A stretch of DNA of 64,000 nt from Candidatus Obscuribacterales bacterium (GTDB lineage: Bacteria > Cyanobacteriota > Vampirovibrionia > Obscuribacterales > Obscuribacteraceae), in contig JBBQFO010000001.1 of the NCBI GenBank assembly GCA_038322035.1, positions 17,366 through 81,365 of the forward strand, written 5' to 3'. Below are positions 40,098 to 48,316 of this stretch, piece after piece. A program made the translations under genes and the position numbers. The notes under the pieces are model-generated. The model made no database searches and was not told the DNA's origin. It was given only the letters and a program-made list of their open reading frames with translations. Every line of letters begins with the position of its first letter. Positions within the stretch are counted from its first letter, which is position 1.

Positions 40098-40958
40098 TTG
40101 AGCGATCTCAATCTGCAAGATATCGATTTGGACGCCTTGACTGCTGATAACGAAGGCACAGACGCACTTGGCTTCGAAGCATCGAACTTGATCAACACGC
40201 TGGGGGCACAAATCGCGGCCACCCAGTCTCCCATCGATCTGGGCGCCGACCCCGGAGAAGCTAAGCTGCTGATCGGTCTGGAATTGGACAACAGCCCTTC
40301 GATGGGATGGCACTATGCATGTGGTGATGCTAGCTGGATCACCACTCTGAAATACCATGGATTGGTGGCGAAAACCCTTCTCGAAAAGAAAGTCCCCGGC
40401 GACAGCGAAATGCTGACGTTCTTGCTCAACCAGTACCCTGGCTATGTTCAGCAGGTGCTGGGCTCAGGGCACGCTGAATTCACATGGGCGAACCTGAGCA
40501 AGGTACCGATCATGCTCATCCCCACCGAAGTATCACAGTATCTGACCGGCGGCACGCCTCTCTACGAACGCTCTCGCATTTTCCTCGCCAGCATCAAGAC
40601 GCGCGCGCTCTATTGGCAGCAGACTGAAAACATCCCGTGCCGGAGTGTGTCGGCGATCATCTCTGACGGTGGCAGCACTGATGACGTGCGGTACCGCGAT
40701 CAGTATGCCGATGAGTGCAAACTTCTGATCGCCGAACTTCGCAAGAATCGTATGCACCGTGTCCTGTTCGTCGGCATTGACGACGGCTCAACGGACTTCG
40801 TCGCGGTTGCCACACGCATGGGCATTCCGGCCCACGACATCCGCGTCATCAGTCAGAATACCGACGATCTGGGCGAGTTCTTCCTGCAATTCAGCCAGAT
40901 GTCAGTCACAGCCAGCCAGACTGCCGGCCCAATCGATCACATCAAACTCGGTAACTAG
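40098..40958 (+). CDS. TerY-like vWA domain protein (triad component 1)
   Basis: MIDAS 'LELDNSPSM' (DxSxS), 'TGGTPL', 'IISDGGSTDD'. TTG at 40098 is preceded by AAGGAAGGTG. The ORF-track start at 40044 lies inside the 40035-40062 hairpin. Confidence 0.75.
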   Translation: MSDLNLQDIDLDALTADNEGTDALGFEASNLINTLGAQIAATQSPIDLGADPGEAKLLIGLELDNSPSMGWHYACGDASWITTLKYHGLVAKTLLEKKVPGDSEMLTFLLNQYPGYVQQVLGSGHAEFTWANLSKVPIMLIPTEVSQYLTGGTPLYERSRIFLASIKTRALYWQQTENIPCRSVSAIISDGGSTDDVRYRDQYADECKLLIAELRKNRMHRVLFVGIDDGSTDFVAVATRMGIPAHDIRVISQNTDDLGEFFLQFSQMSVTASQTAGPIDHIKLGN

Positions 40959-40981
40959 ACCTGCGCTCCGTGTTCTTGGTT

Positions 40982-41014
40982 GTGGACCGGCGGATTTCCG
41001 CTGGTCCACTTTTT
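40982..41014 (+). terminator. Canonical Rho-independent terminator between the vWA and PP2C genes
   Basis: 12-bp stem GTGGACCGGCGG-attt-CCGCTGGTCCAC (one G-U pair) followed directly by TTTTT. Confidence 0.75.
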
Positions 41015-41055
41015 CACCTTTAAGAGCCGGATGCGCGATCGAACAGGAGGAACGC

Positions 41056-41922
41056 ATGGAATTACCTTTCAGTCTATCGGGTGGCACTTTTCCCGGTTAC
41101 AAATCGACGGGTACAGACATACCTAAAGGTGGGCGCAATCAAGACAGTCTGATGGGTGTTATCGGAGATGGCTACATTGTTATCGCCGTCAATGACGGTT
41201 GCAGTGGTAATCCCGAACAACACTTGCAGTCAGAACTCGGAGCGCTCGCCGGTAGTCAAATTGTTTGCAGTGTATTTGCAGACATCATCGAATCGGGACA
41301 GCCACTATGGGAAACTGTCACCGATGAAATTGTCGATCAACTCAGCCTTATCGCCGTTGCCTTAAGTCACGGGCGCAAAGAGCGCCTTGAACATGTGGTT
41401 CGCAAATACCTGATGTTCACCAGCGTCGTAGCTGTGATTGGACCTGAGGAAACAACGATCGCCACCGTCGGTGATGGCTACTATGCAATTAACGGTGGTG
41501 ATTTGAAACGTATTGGCCCTTACCCGGATAATCAGCCTCCCTATCTCGGATACTTGCTCTACCCCAACAACTATCCTCGGGAATTGCTGACGTTTCAAAA
41601 GCAAGTGCAGCTACCTACCGCAGACTTGCAATCGTTGATCATGGGCAGCGATGGGCTGGGTGAAGTGGCGGCTAGCGCTAATAAACGTTTGCCCGGCAAG
41701 TCTAGCCTTGTTGGCTCTCTCACTTCGCTTTTGGACAATCCGCGGTTTTTCAGAGGCGGTAAGAATCCTGAGAACGGAGCGCTTGTACCATGGTTGCGGG
41801 GGTTGAACAGTTCAGTTAGCAGAATTGTTTTCAATCCGGGGAACGGCAAGCCCGATATCGAGTACTCGGCTCCACTGATCGAAGACGACTACACCTGCGT
41901 ACTTGTAAAACGCACGCTCTAA
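41056..41922 (+). CDS. PP2C-family Ser/Thr phosphatase (triad component 2)
   Basis: ATG with AGGAGG 5 nt upstream. Blocks 'GGRNQDS','IAVNDGCSG','IMGSDGLGE','EDDYTCVLV'. The ORF-track 5' extension (40759-41055) overlaps the vWA gene and crosses the terminator. Confidence 0.8.
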   Translation: MELPFSLSGGTFPGYKSTGTDIPKGGRNQDSLMGVIGDGYIVIAVNDGCSGNPEQHLQSELGALAGSQIVCSVFADIIESGQPLWETVTDEIVDQLSLIAVALSHGRKERLEHVVRKYLMFTSVVAVIGPEETTIATVGDGYYAINGGDLKRIGPYPDNQPPYLGYLLYPNNYPRELLTFQKQVQLPTADLQSLIMGSDGLGEVAASANKRLPGKSSLVGSLTSLLDNPRFFRGGKNPENGALVPWLRGLNSSVSRIVFNPGNGKPDIEYSAPLIEDDYTCVLVKRTL

Positions 41923-41955
41923 GTATGAGGGGACCAAAGCTCGAAAGGAGTCTGC

Positions 41956-43947
41956 ATGTCTCAGCACATGACTGTCTATATCGCCGGAAAGCCATACACA
42001 TTTGACCCCGATGATGTGTGGAAAGAAGGCGGCGAAGCTTACATATACAAATATGGAAGCGACGCGCTTTTGCGATACTATCGTCGCCCTGACGATATTA
42101 GGTTTGCGGGTACAACACCGGAGGACAGGCAAAGACAACACTTTGTCGAGCTGAGGCTCGAAGAGTTACAGAGAAAGCTGCCTGTCTTTCCAAAAAATCT
42201 ACCGGAACGCGTCGTCACGGACAGGGAACTAGTTTGGAACTCGATCGACCAGCGCAGTAGACCCAGAATCGTGGGCAGCATTGTTCCGTTGATACCAGAT
42301 GCAGTGACTTTGCACGAGCTCGCCTCGGCCAAATTCCGGCGCGAAAACACGATTGGCGACGTAGCGGTGATCGACATCCTCAAGGACTTGTATGCCACCG
42401 TATGCGGCGTGCATAAAGCTGATGCTGTCATCGGAGACTTCAACACCGAGAACGTGCTCGTTCAGCCGTCATTGCTCCGTGCACCTTTGGTCGATGCTCA
42501 CGCTATGCAGTTTGGATCCTACCTGTGCGCTACCTATACGGCACGTTACGTCGATCCACTGGTGGCTCGGTGGGCAGCCAGCAAGGTCCCGGGCGAACCT
42601 GGTAGCGTCGAGATGATCGGCAGGCATTCACCGCTCACGGACTGGTATGCCTACCACTTGATGTTCTGGGAAATGTGGTATGCGCCGCTCTATGGAGGCG
42701 TCTATAGACCGAAGACAGGTGCCACCATGGTCGAGTTCGAGGAGCGTCCATTTCACAGCCCCAGGCTCTCCGTCTTGCATCCCGATGTTGCCTATCCAAA
42801 GCGTGGATTTCAAGATTACCACACGGCACCACCAGAGATACTGGAGCACTATCGTAATCTTGTCACAAAGGACCTTCGCGCCCCTTTTCCCGAGAAGTTT
42901 CTCGACAACCTCCGAGTCGCATACGGTGGCACATACTTGGCCACCCACACGCCCGTACCGGCTGTCCCAGTCGGCATCTCTATTATCAGGTCAGGGCCTG
43001 CATCATCGACGTTGATGTTTGAGACCACAGGCACCATCCTTGATGCTGCTTATCACGGTGGTAGACTGCGCTTTCTCTGCTCCAAAGATGGTCGATTCTA
43101 TCGTGAAGGGGCGAGAACCAAGGGCGACCTCGACATCGGAAAGGGATCATTCAACCCTAAGGTTGCCTACATCATCCAGGGCGATAGCACGATACTCGCC
43201 AAGGAAGGCGGTAAGGCCACACTAATTGCACCAGGGGCAGCGCCACTACAGCTTGATGCAGAGCGCTATCGTCAGGGCAAGCCGGTTGTGGCTACCAACG
43301 AAAACTTCTACTACTGGGCCGGACAGGGTAAAGTTCGGCGCAAGCCGAAGCCTGATCCTCAACTAGCCATGTTCGTCACGCCACAACCAGTCGAAATCTG
43401 CGAAGCGCTGCAGGAGCAAACCCGCATTTGGGTTGGTCCCAAGTTTGGTTTTGCCTTCAGTGCTACCGCCAATTTCGCCAAGGCGTTTGTTTTCGATGCC
43501 GAAAAAGCCGGAAATCTGCCTGTGGACTTGGAACCGCTGTCAGGCAATATTGTGGCTATCCGCTGTTACTTCAGTGACGATCGGCTCTGGCTGTTCACAA
43601 CTAAGAAAGTGAACGGCAGCAACGTCAACAAATGCACGTTGATCGATAGCAACGGTAAGCGGCTTGCTGCTTCGAAAACGGTGGCCGATGGAGACGATTC
43701 TTGGCTCGGCTCAATTGACGGCAAGTGCGCAGCTCTGTTGCCCGCGCCAGGCGGGAAGATCGAAGCGCTGCTTTCCGTTACCGCAGACGGTGTGGTTCTC
43801 GTGCAACAATCAGGCGTCAAGCTATCAGGAAGCTCGGCCTTCGAAGGAACCGCGACATTGGTGAATGCTGATGACAACCTGTTCTACAGCCCCGATGGTT
43901 TATATGCCTGGAACAGCAACAGCATCAGGTTGATCAAAACATCGTAG
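41956..43947 (+). CDS. Ser/Thr protein kinase-like protein with ~330-aa beta-rich C-terminal domain (triad component 3)
   Basis: Gly-rich loop 'KEGGEAYIYKYG', catalytic-loop-like 'VHKADAVIGDFNTENVLV', DFG-like 'LVDAHAMQFG'. AAGGAG RBS. The C-terminal half has no motif I recognise. Confidence 0.75.
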   Translation: MSQHMTVYIAGKPYTFDPDDVWKEGGEAYIYKYGSDALLRYYRRPDDIRFAGTTPEDRQRQHFVELRLEELQRKLPVFPKNLPERVVTDRELVWNSIDQRSRPRIVGSIVPLIPDAVTLHELASAKFRRENTIGDVAVIDILKDLYATVCGVHKADAVIGDFNTENVLVQPSLLRAPLVDAHAMQFGSYLCATYTARYVDPLVARWAASKVPGEPGSVEMIGRHSPLTDWYAYHLMFWEMWYAPLYGGVYRPKTGATMVEFEERPFHSPRLSVLHPDVAYPKRGFQDYHTAPPEILEHYRNLVTKDLRAPFPEKFLDNLRVAYGGTYLATHTPVPAVPVGISIIRSGPASSTLMFETTGTILDAAYHGGRLRFLCSKDGRFYREGARTKGDLDIGKGSFNPKVAYIIQGDSTILAKEGGKATLIAPGAAPLQLDAERYRQGKPVVATNENFYYWAGQGKVRRKPKPDPQLAMFVTPQPVEICEALQEQTRIWVGPKFGFAFSATANFAKAFVFDAEKAGNLPVDLEPLSGNIVAIRCYFSDDRLWLFTTKKVNGSNVNKCTLIDSNGKRLAASKTVADGDDSWLGSIDGKCAALLPAPGGKIEALLSVTADGVVLVQQSGVKLSGSSAFEGTATLVNADDNLFYSPDGLYAWNSNSIRLIKTS

Positions 43948-44082
43948 ATCATCGCTGCCCCGGGCTAGTACCAAATGTGGTGCAGGCGATAGCCCGCACC
44001 ACTGACTAACTTCAATCTGAATTCGTGACTGAGTAAGGAGTTTTCATGCGTCGTTTCCGCGTCGTCGCGACGAAAGTCTGCC

Positions 44083-44130
44083 GGAAGAAAGGCTTGGTGT
44101 ATCCAAGCCCTTTCTTTCTCTTTTCGTCAT
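44083..44130 (+). terminator. Strong Rho-independent terminator ending the PP2C-kinase transcription unit
   Basis: About 15-bp stem GGAAGAAAGGCTTGG-tgtat-CCAAGCC(C)TTTCTTTC followed by TCTTTTCGTCATTTC. Confidence 0.75.
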
Positions 44131-44231
44131 TTCATGCGCCTCTTTGTACTTTTTTGTACTTTTTCGACATTTGCTCACCTGTATTAACTCCTCTATATAG
44201 TATATTCTTTGGAAGAGTAACATTGGGGATC

Positions 44232-44269
44232 GAGGTAGAAACTGACGGCTTCTAAAATAAAGCCGTCAG
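44232..44269 (-). terminator. Terminator after the last gene of the NAD operon
   Basis: 10-bp stem CTGACGGCTT/AAGCCGTCAG with an 8-nt loop. On the minus strand it is followed by TTTCTACC. Confidence 0.55.
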
Positions 44270-44295
44270 CAACATCGTAGATTGGTGGCATCGAT

Positions 44296-44859
44296 TCAGA
44301 CCAGACTGATGCGTGGATCATTGAATCGACTCCAGTTTGATTTTTCAATCTGGCCTGTATGTTTATTTGTGTTTGTATCCTGATTGCAGGCTCCTTTGTG
44401 GACTTGAACGGTACAGCTCGGGACGAGGCTTAGAAGGCCAAGCACGGTTTCTAACACGCAATAGTTCGTGTTTACGCCGCAAGCGACGAACTGATCGATG
44501 CAGCAGCCCAAGTCTAAACATGATTCGATTACCTGGAGCGAGCCATCATTGTGTTTCTTTTCCGCTATCATTTGATTTTGATAGCCAGCTATGAGAGCCA
44601 TTAGCCTCTGCTGGGTGTGGCAGCCTAAGCACTCAAGCAAGACGATTCCTGCACCTTGTTGCCTCGCGTTCACCATTAAATTTGTGACAGCTGCCACAGT
44701 GTTTTCGTTCAAGCTTGCCGGAAATCGATCATCGAGCATGTCGACCACGACCAATGTGGCCGGTAAGTTGTTGGAGGAGACTGCTAGTCTTTGCTGTGCT
44801 TCAAACCAGATAGACCTTGCGTGCCTTTCAAACACGGTTGTTTTCCTTACTCTGGGCAC
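44296..44859 (-). CDS. Isochorismatase-fold cysteine hydrolase (nicotinamidase candidate)
   Basis: 'ATLVVVDMLDDRF' (Asp), 'AEKKHNDGS' (Lys), 'FVACGVNTNYCVLETV' (Cys). GTG start. Confidence 0.7.
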   Translation of the reverse strand: MPRVRKTTVFERHARSIWFEAQQRLAVSSNNLPATLVVVDMLDDRFPASLNENTVAAVTNLMVNARQQGAGIVLLECLGCHTQQRLMALIAGYQNQMIAEKKHNDGSLQVIESCLDLGCCIDQFVACGVNTNYCVLETVLGLLSLVPSCTVQVHKGACNQDTNTNKHTGQIEKSNWSRFNDPRISLV

Positions 44860-44977
44860 TGTCGATTACTTCTTTGATCCGTGGATTGTGCTCTCGCTTG
44901 CAAGATAGAAGGCTGTTTCTTAACCCTCGATCAAGCAAGCGAGTTGAGATCTAAACGCCGTGAAAGTTAGACCCTGA

Positions 44978-45262
44978 CTATTGCGAAGTCTCTACTTGCC
45001 CTGTCAGTCCACGTGTTTGCTGAGCCACTTTGAGCACTCGCTTTGGCAAACACAAGGCGGCGAACTTTGACCAAAGTTCTCCCTTTTCCGATGCAATTGC
45101 CTCGACGTAATTCTTATGCGCCGCTTTGAAGTGGGTGTTGAATTCGGCACAGAGAGATTCGAATTGTTGCTGGTCTAGTGCCAGCAACAATATCAACATG
45201 GCGCGAGGAGATTGATCGCCTCCGCCGCTTGCAAACGAGGCAAGATAAGTTGCCAGATTCAT
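44978..45262 (-). CDS. Hypothetical 94-aa protein within the NAD operon
   Basis: ATG at 45262 ('MNLATYLASF') is preceded by AAGAGGAA. The longer ORF-track start overlaps the upstream gene. No motif recognised. Confidence 0.5.
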   Translation of the reverse strand: MNLATYLASFASGGGDQSPRAMLILLLALDQQQFESLCAEFNTHFKAAHKNYVEAIASEKGELWSKFAALCLPKRVLKVAQQTRGLTGQVETSQ

Positions 45263-45311
45263 GGTTTGTTCCTCTTGATCTTGACCTGATGAAGCCTGAC
45301 CGCACGCCGGA

Positions 45312-46163
45312 CTAACAAGCATTCATCGCTCGAGCCCGATTGATGATCAATCTGTGATCGAAGGCGATGTCCTGGGTTAACAACCAGTCCGTTTCGACAA
45401 TCTCCAAACTCTCCGCATCGTCTGCAGCCAGCATGTTTGCGTAGATCTCGTGTTCCCGATGAGCCGGGACGAACCAAGCGTAACCATGGTCAACTACTTG
45501 CTGCCGGGAGTCACGACGTGGGCCTGAGCGCACGTCCACGAGAACGAGTTCATCAGGCGAGACGATTACGTGCGTTTCTTCTCCGGCTTCTCTCGCACCG
45601 CACTCATCAACCGTTTCCAACTGGCAGAGCAGGAAGCCTCCAGGCAAAGACCACTTTCCAGCATCCGGGTTGTGTTTGCGCTTGATCACGAGGATCTTTT
45701 TGCCACCTTCAAGAAAGATGGCTACAGATGAAGTAGTGTCGGCCTTGGCGAAGCGATACGTGTATAAGTCACTCCAGTTCTGCCCCAGAAGTGATGGCAC
45801 CTCGCCTGCATGGGCAAGCTGGAAAGATTTCTCATTGAGCAGCTTGAGAGCTGCCCAGAGACGGTCACTTTCCTCCTCGTCAGTGACCAATGCGTCGACG
45901 ACTACAATTGGCTTCATGCCTCGCTGATACACTTTCTCAACTGCATCAAGAAGCGTTTGGGCAGTAACAGCGCCGGCGATAAACACGATGCGCGGTCCAC
46001 CCCGACCCAGCGGAGGAAGGCGCTTGGTGTTTTTACCAACGGCGACGTGAACGCCTGATTTCTCACACAAAGCGGCAAGCTCTATGCCCGTGGCTGCATT
46101 TTGATTATCACCAGTAATGGAAGCAACTGTCGATACTAATAGCAGTGAGTATTTGAGTTTCAT
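45312..46163 (-). CDS. Fusion protein: degenerate (Cys-less) isochorismatase-like N-domain + Nudix hydrolase (ADPR-pyrophosphatase-like) C-domain
   Basis: Nudix box 'GGFLLCQLETVDECGAREAGEETHV' preceded by 'GKWSLPGGF'. The N-terminal 'IVFIAGAVTAQTLLDAVEKVYQRGMKPIVVVDAL' resembles the C-terminal half of the isochorismatase fold, with Gln where the nucleophile Cys sits. Confidence 0.7.
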   Translation of the reverse strand: MKLKYSLLLVSTVASITGDNQNAATGIELAALCEKSGVHVAVGKNTKRLPPLGRGGPRIVFIAGAVTAQTLLDAVEKVYQRGMKPIVVVDALVTDEEESDRLWAALKLLNEKSFQLAHAGEVPSLLGQNWSDLYTYRFAKADTTSSVAIFLEGGKKILVIKRKHNPDAGKWSLPGGFLLCQLETVDECGAREAGEETHVIVSPDELVLVDVRSGPRRDSRQQVVDHGYAWFVPAHREHEIYANMLAADDAESLEIVETDWLLTQDIAFDHRLIINRARAMNAC

Positions 46164-46185
46164 TTTGCCATCCCTTCTTATTCGT

Positions 46186-46213
46186 GAGCGCGCCGACTCT
46201 CCCCGGCGCGCTC
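46186..46213. other. GC-rich perfect hairpin between nadE and the Nudix-fusion gene
   Basis: GAGCGCGCCG-actctccc-CGGCGCGCTC. No U-tract on either strand, so it may be an mRNA processing or stability element. Confidence 0.4.
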
Positions 46214-46237
46214 TGTTGATCGAGGATTTAATAGAAA

Positions 46238-48259
46238 CTAGTTGGCACTAATGCTCTGTGCGTGATCCATAGCCGCGTACTCGCGCATCGTGGCAAGCTC
46301 TTCTCCGTATCCCCCGGAAAGAATGGGTGAGCGCCGCCACGTACGCGGATCCAGATTGCGCGTGTCGCAGTGCAGGGCGGGCGCCAGTCGTTCCCGTTTC
46401 CACTGGTTGATGCTCCACTTCGTGAAGAACTTGTTTACCCAGTCGCTAATCTGCAGAGGTGCATACTGTGCGAAGCTGACGCGAATAAGCTGATAGCACT
46501 CGATTGGCGAGCGATTGTTTTCGATCGCCTCCTCTTCGATGGCATTCAGCACGTCGTAAGGCATCAAGTCTTTCTCGTCTGTCTGCGCCTGCTCGAGTGG
46601 ACGAAGTTCTGCCGTTGGTTGCTGCTTGGTGATGTAAATCAACTCTGGAATTGGACCAACTGCGACTGGACCTTCGTTCTGCAACCAGAGCAGCCACCAC
46701 TTGAGGAAGCATTTATCGATTCCTGCCACTGGCGATAGACCACCGGCAGTGTCACCGTCCATGGTGCAATAGCCGACTGCCCCTTCTGAGCGATTGCTCG
46801 TCGATAGAAGCAGCATGCCGAAGATGTTAGCGAGAAGCCAAATCATTGGTGCGCGCACGCGAGCTTGAACGTTCTGTAAGGGAATGTCGTCTTGCTGCCA
46901 AGTCAACTCTCGGCCGATTACCTTTTCGGCAAGCTTGATGTATAGACGGACAATTGGCTCAATGTTGAGCGCGAAGAATCTAGCACCGACGGACTCCGCC
47001 ACTTTCTTGGCGGCATTGCGCGTGGTGCGTGAACTTTGCTTGGTGGCCTGGTAGGCGCAAACCAACAAACGATTAACCAGTTGCTCCTTTGTCATGCACC
47101 TGTCGAGACCCTTGATGTGAGCCAGCTTGGCCTTGAAACCATCCAGTCCAAGGTCGGCGACACCGAAGTCCACCATCAATTTTACCTGGCAAGCCACTGC
47201 GGCGGAATCGGCACCACCACTAATTGAGAGCATGAAGCCGTTCGACATGCTCTTGCGCAGGTAGTCGAAAAGTCCAAGCGGAATAACCCGCGAGAATTCT
47301 TCTTCCTTGATTCGAACACTGGTCTCCCAGGGCTCCTGAATGATTGGAGCCTGAGCTTCGGGGTGCAGGGGTGGGAAAGTGAAATCAATCTCCACACAGC
47401 GCTCATCTTGCTTGCCCGTGATCTCAGGCTTGAAGCTGCCAATGCGAGATTGCATCATTCGTGTGTGCTCGATGTCCACGACCGCTGTGGTGAGCACGTG
47501 ATTGTGATATGAGAAGCGCGGGCCAATGGCGGCGAACTTGCCAGCTTGAGCGATGAGGACGTCACCATCGTAGATGGCTCGACCGGCTTCGTTGCCGATC
47601 AAGTTGACGAAAATGTAGGTGCAGCCGAAGGCTCTTGAGCCCTCCAGCACAAGTCGATTTCGCGTCTTCACTTTAGCGAAACTGAAGTGACTGGCTGACG
47701 GATTGATAATGACATCAACAGCTATTCCGACCAGATGTGTGCCGTCTCGCTTGCCTTTCCATGCGCCTTCGCAGATTTCGAAACCGAGTGTTATGTCGCC
47801 GACGCGGAAGTACAAATCACCAATCAGGTAAGTCTGCCCATCCTTTTCGAACTGCTCGACCAGGTCTTCGGGCCAGGCTTCGAACTGCCGAGCCTCATAG
47901 TGAATGCCGTCGTTTGCCAGCGCCTTCTTGGCGACGAAACCGCAGATGGTGCCGTCTACAACCACTGCAACGCAGTTGTAGATTTTGTTCTTGTGCAAAA
48001 TCGGCAATCCGAATGAGACCACCATGCCGTGCGTCAGCGGCAGAAGTTCCTGCAGCATCTTCCATGCCCGTTCGCGCAGATCCGGGCGAAAGAAGTCGTC
48101 TTCGCAACCATAGCCCGTAGTGCACAGCTCAGGCAGGCCGAGGATCGTCACACCTGCCGCTCTTGCTTCGGCAATGGCGTTTTGAATGTTGAGCCGGTTA
48201 TTTGCCCAACCAAACGGAGTCTGATTAAGGGCAGCACCGGCAACTTTGATCAGTTTCAT
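46238..48259 (-). CDS. nadE: Glutamine-dependent NAD+ synthetase (CN-hydrolase + NAD synthetase domains)
   Basis: N-terminal nitrilase-type domain ('GLPELCTTGY','GFEICEGAW'). PP-loop 'SISGGADSAAVA'. The 673-aa length is typical of the fused glutamine-dependent form. Confidence 0.9.
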   Translation of the reverse strand: MKLIKVAGAALNQTPFGWANNRLNIQNAIAEARAAGVTILGLPELCTTGYGCEDDFFRPDLRERAWKMLQELLPLTHGMVVSFGLPILHKNKIYNCVAVVVDGTICGFVAKKALANDGIHYEARQFEAWPEDLVEQFEKDGQTYLIGDLYFRVGDITLGFEICEGAWKGKRDGTHLVGIAVDVIINPSASHFSFAKVKTRNRLVLEGSRAFGCTYIFVNLIGNEAGRAIYDGDVLIAQAGKFAAIGPRFSYHNHVLTTAVVDIEHTRMMQSRIGSFKPEITGKQDERCVEIDFTFPPLHPEAQAPIIQEPWETSVRIKEEEFSRVIPLGLFDYLRKSMSNGFMLSISGGADSAAVACQVKLMVDFGVADLGLDGFKAKLAHIKGLDRCMTKEQLVNRLLVCAYQATKQSSRTTRNAAKKVAESVGARFFALNIEPIVRLYIKLAEKVIGRELTWQQDDIPLQNVQARVRAPMIWLLANIFGMLLLSTSNRSEGAVGYCTMDGDTAGGLSPVAGIDKCFLKWWLLWLQNEGPVAVGPIPELIYITKQQPTAELRPLEQAQTDEKDLMPYDVLNAIEEEAIENNRSPIECYQLIRVSFAQYAPLQISDWVNKFFTKWSINQWKRERLAPALHCDTRNLDPRTWRRSPILSGGYGEELATMREYAAMDHAQSISAN

Positions 48260-48316
48260 GACTTTCCTCTCTGAATAGGATGAATGTCGATCAGCTTTTC
48301 GTCTTCACGTCAGTGA

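Noticed and set aside
40759-41055. ORF-track 5' extension of the PP2C gene (387-aa version).
   Set aside because: It overlaps the 3' end of the vWA gene, runs through the 40982-41014 terminator and has Ser/Ala/Arg-rich non-protein-like composition. ATG at 41056 has a perfect AGGAGG.
41956-42900. Idea that the triad kinase is a pseudokinase, because I could not see a clear VAIK lysine ('DALLRYY' after the Gly-rich loop).
   Set aside because: The catalytic-loop Asp/Asn ('GDFNTEN') and the DFG-like Asp ('VDAH') are present. The Lys position cannot be placed reliably by eye and needs a profile alignment before any such claim.
44046-44255. 69-aa plus-strand ORF between the convergent operons. Also the 19946..20155 / 19963..20226 ORFs in the 1.16-kb gap and the basic 77-aa ORF 33396..33629.
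   Set aside because: They span terminator hairpins or have highly skewed, non-protein-like composition, and lack SD sequences. I treat them as non-coding.
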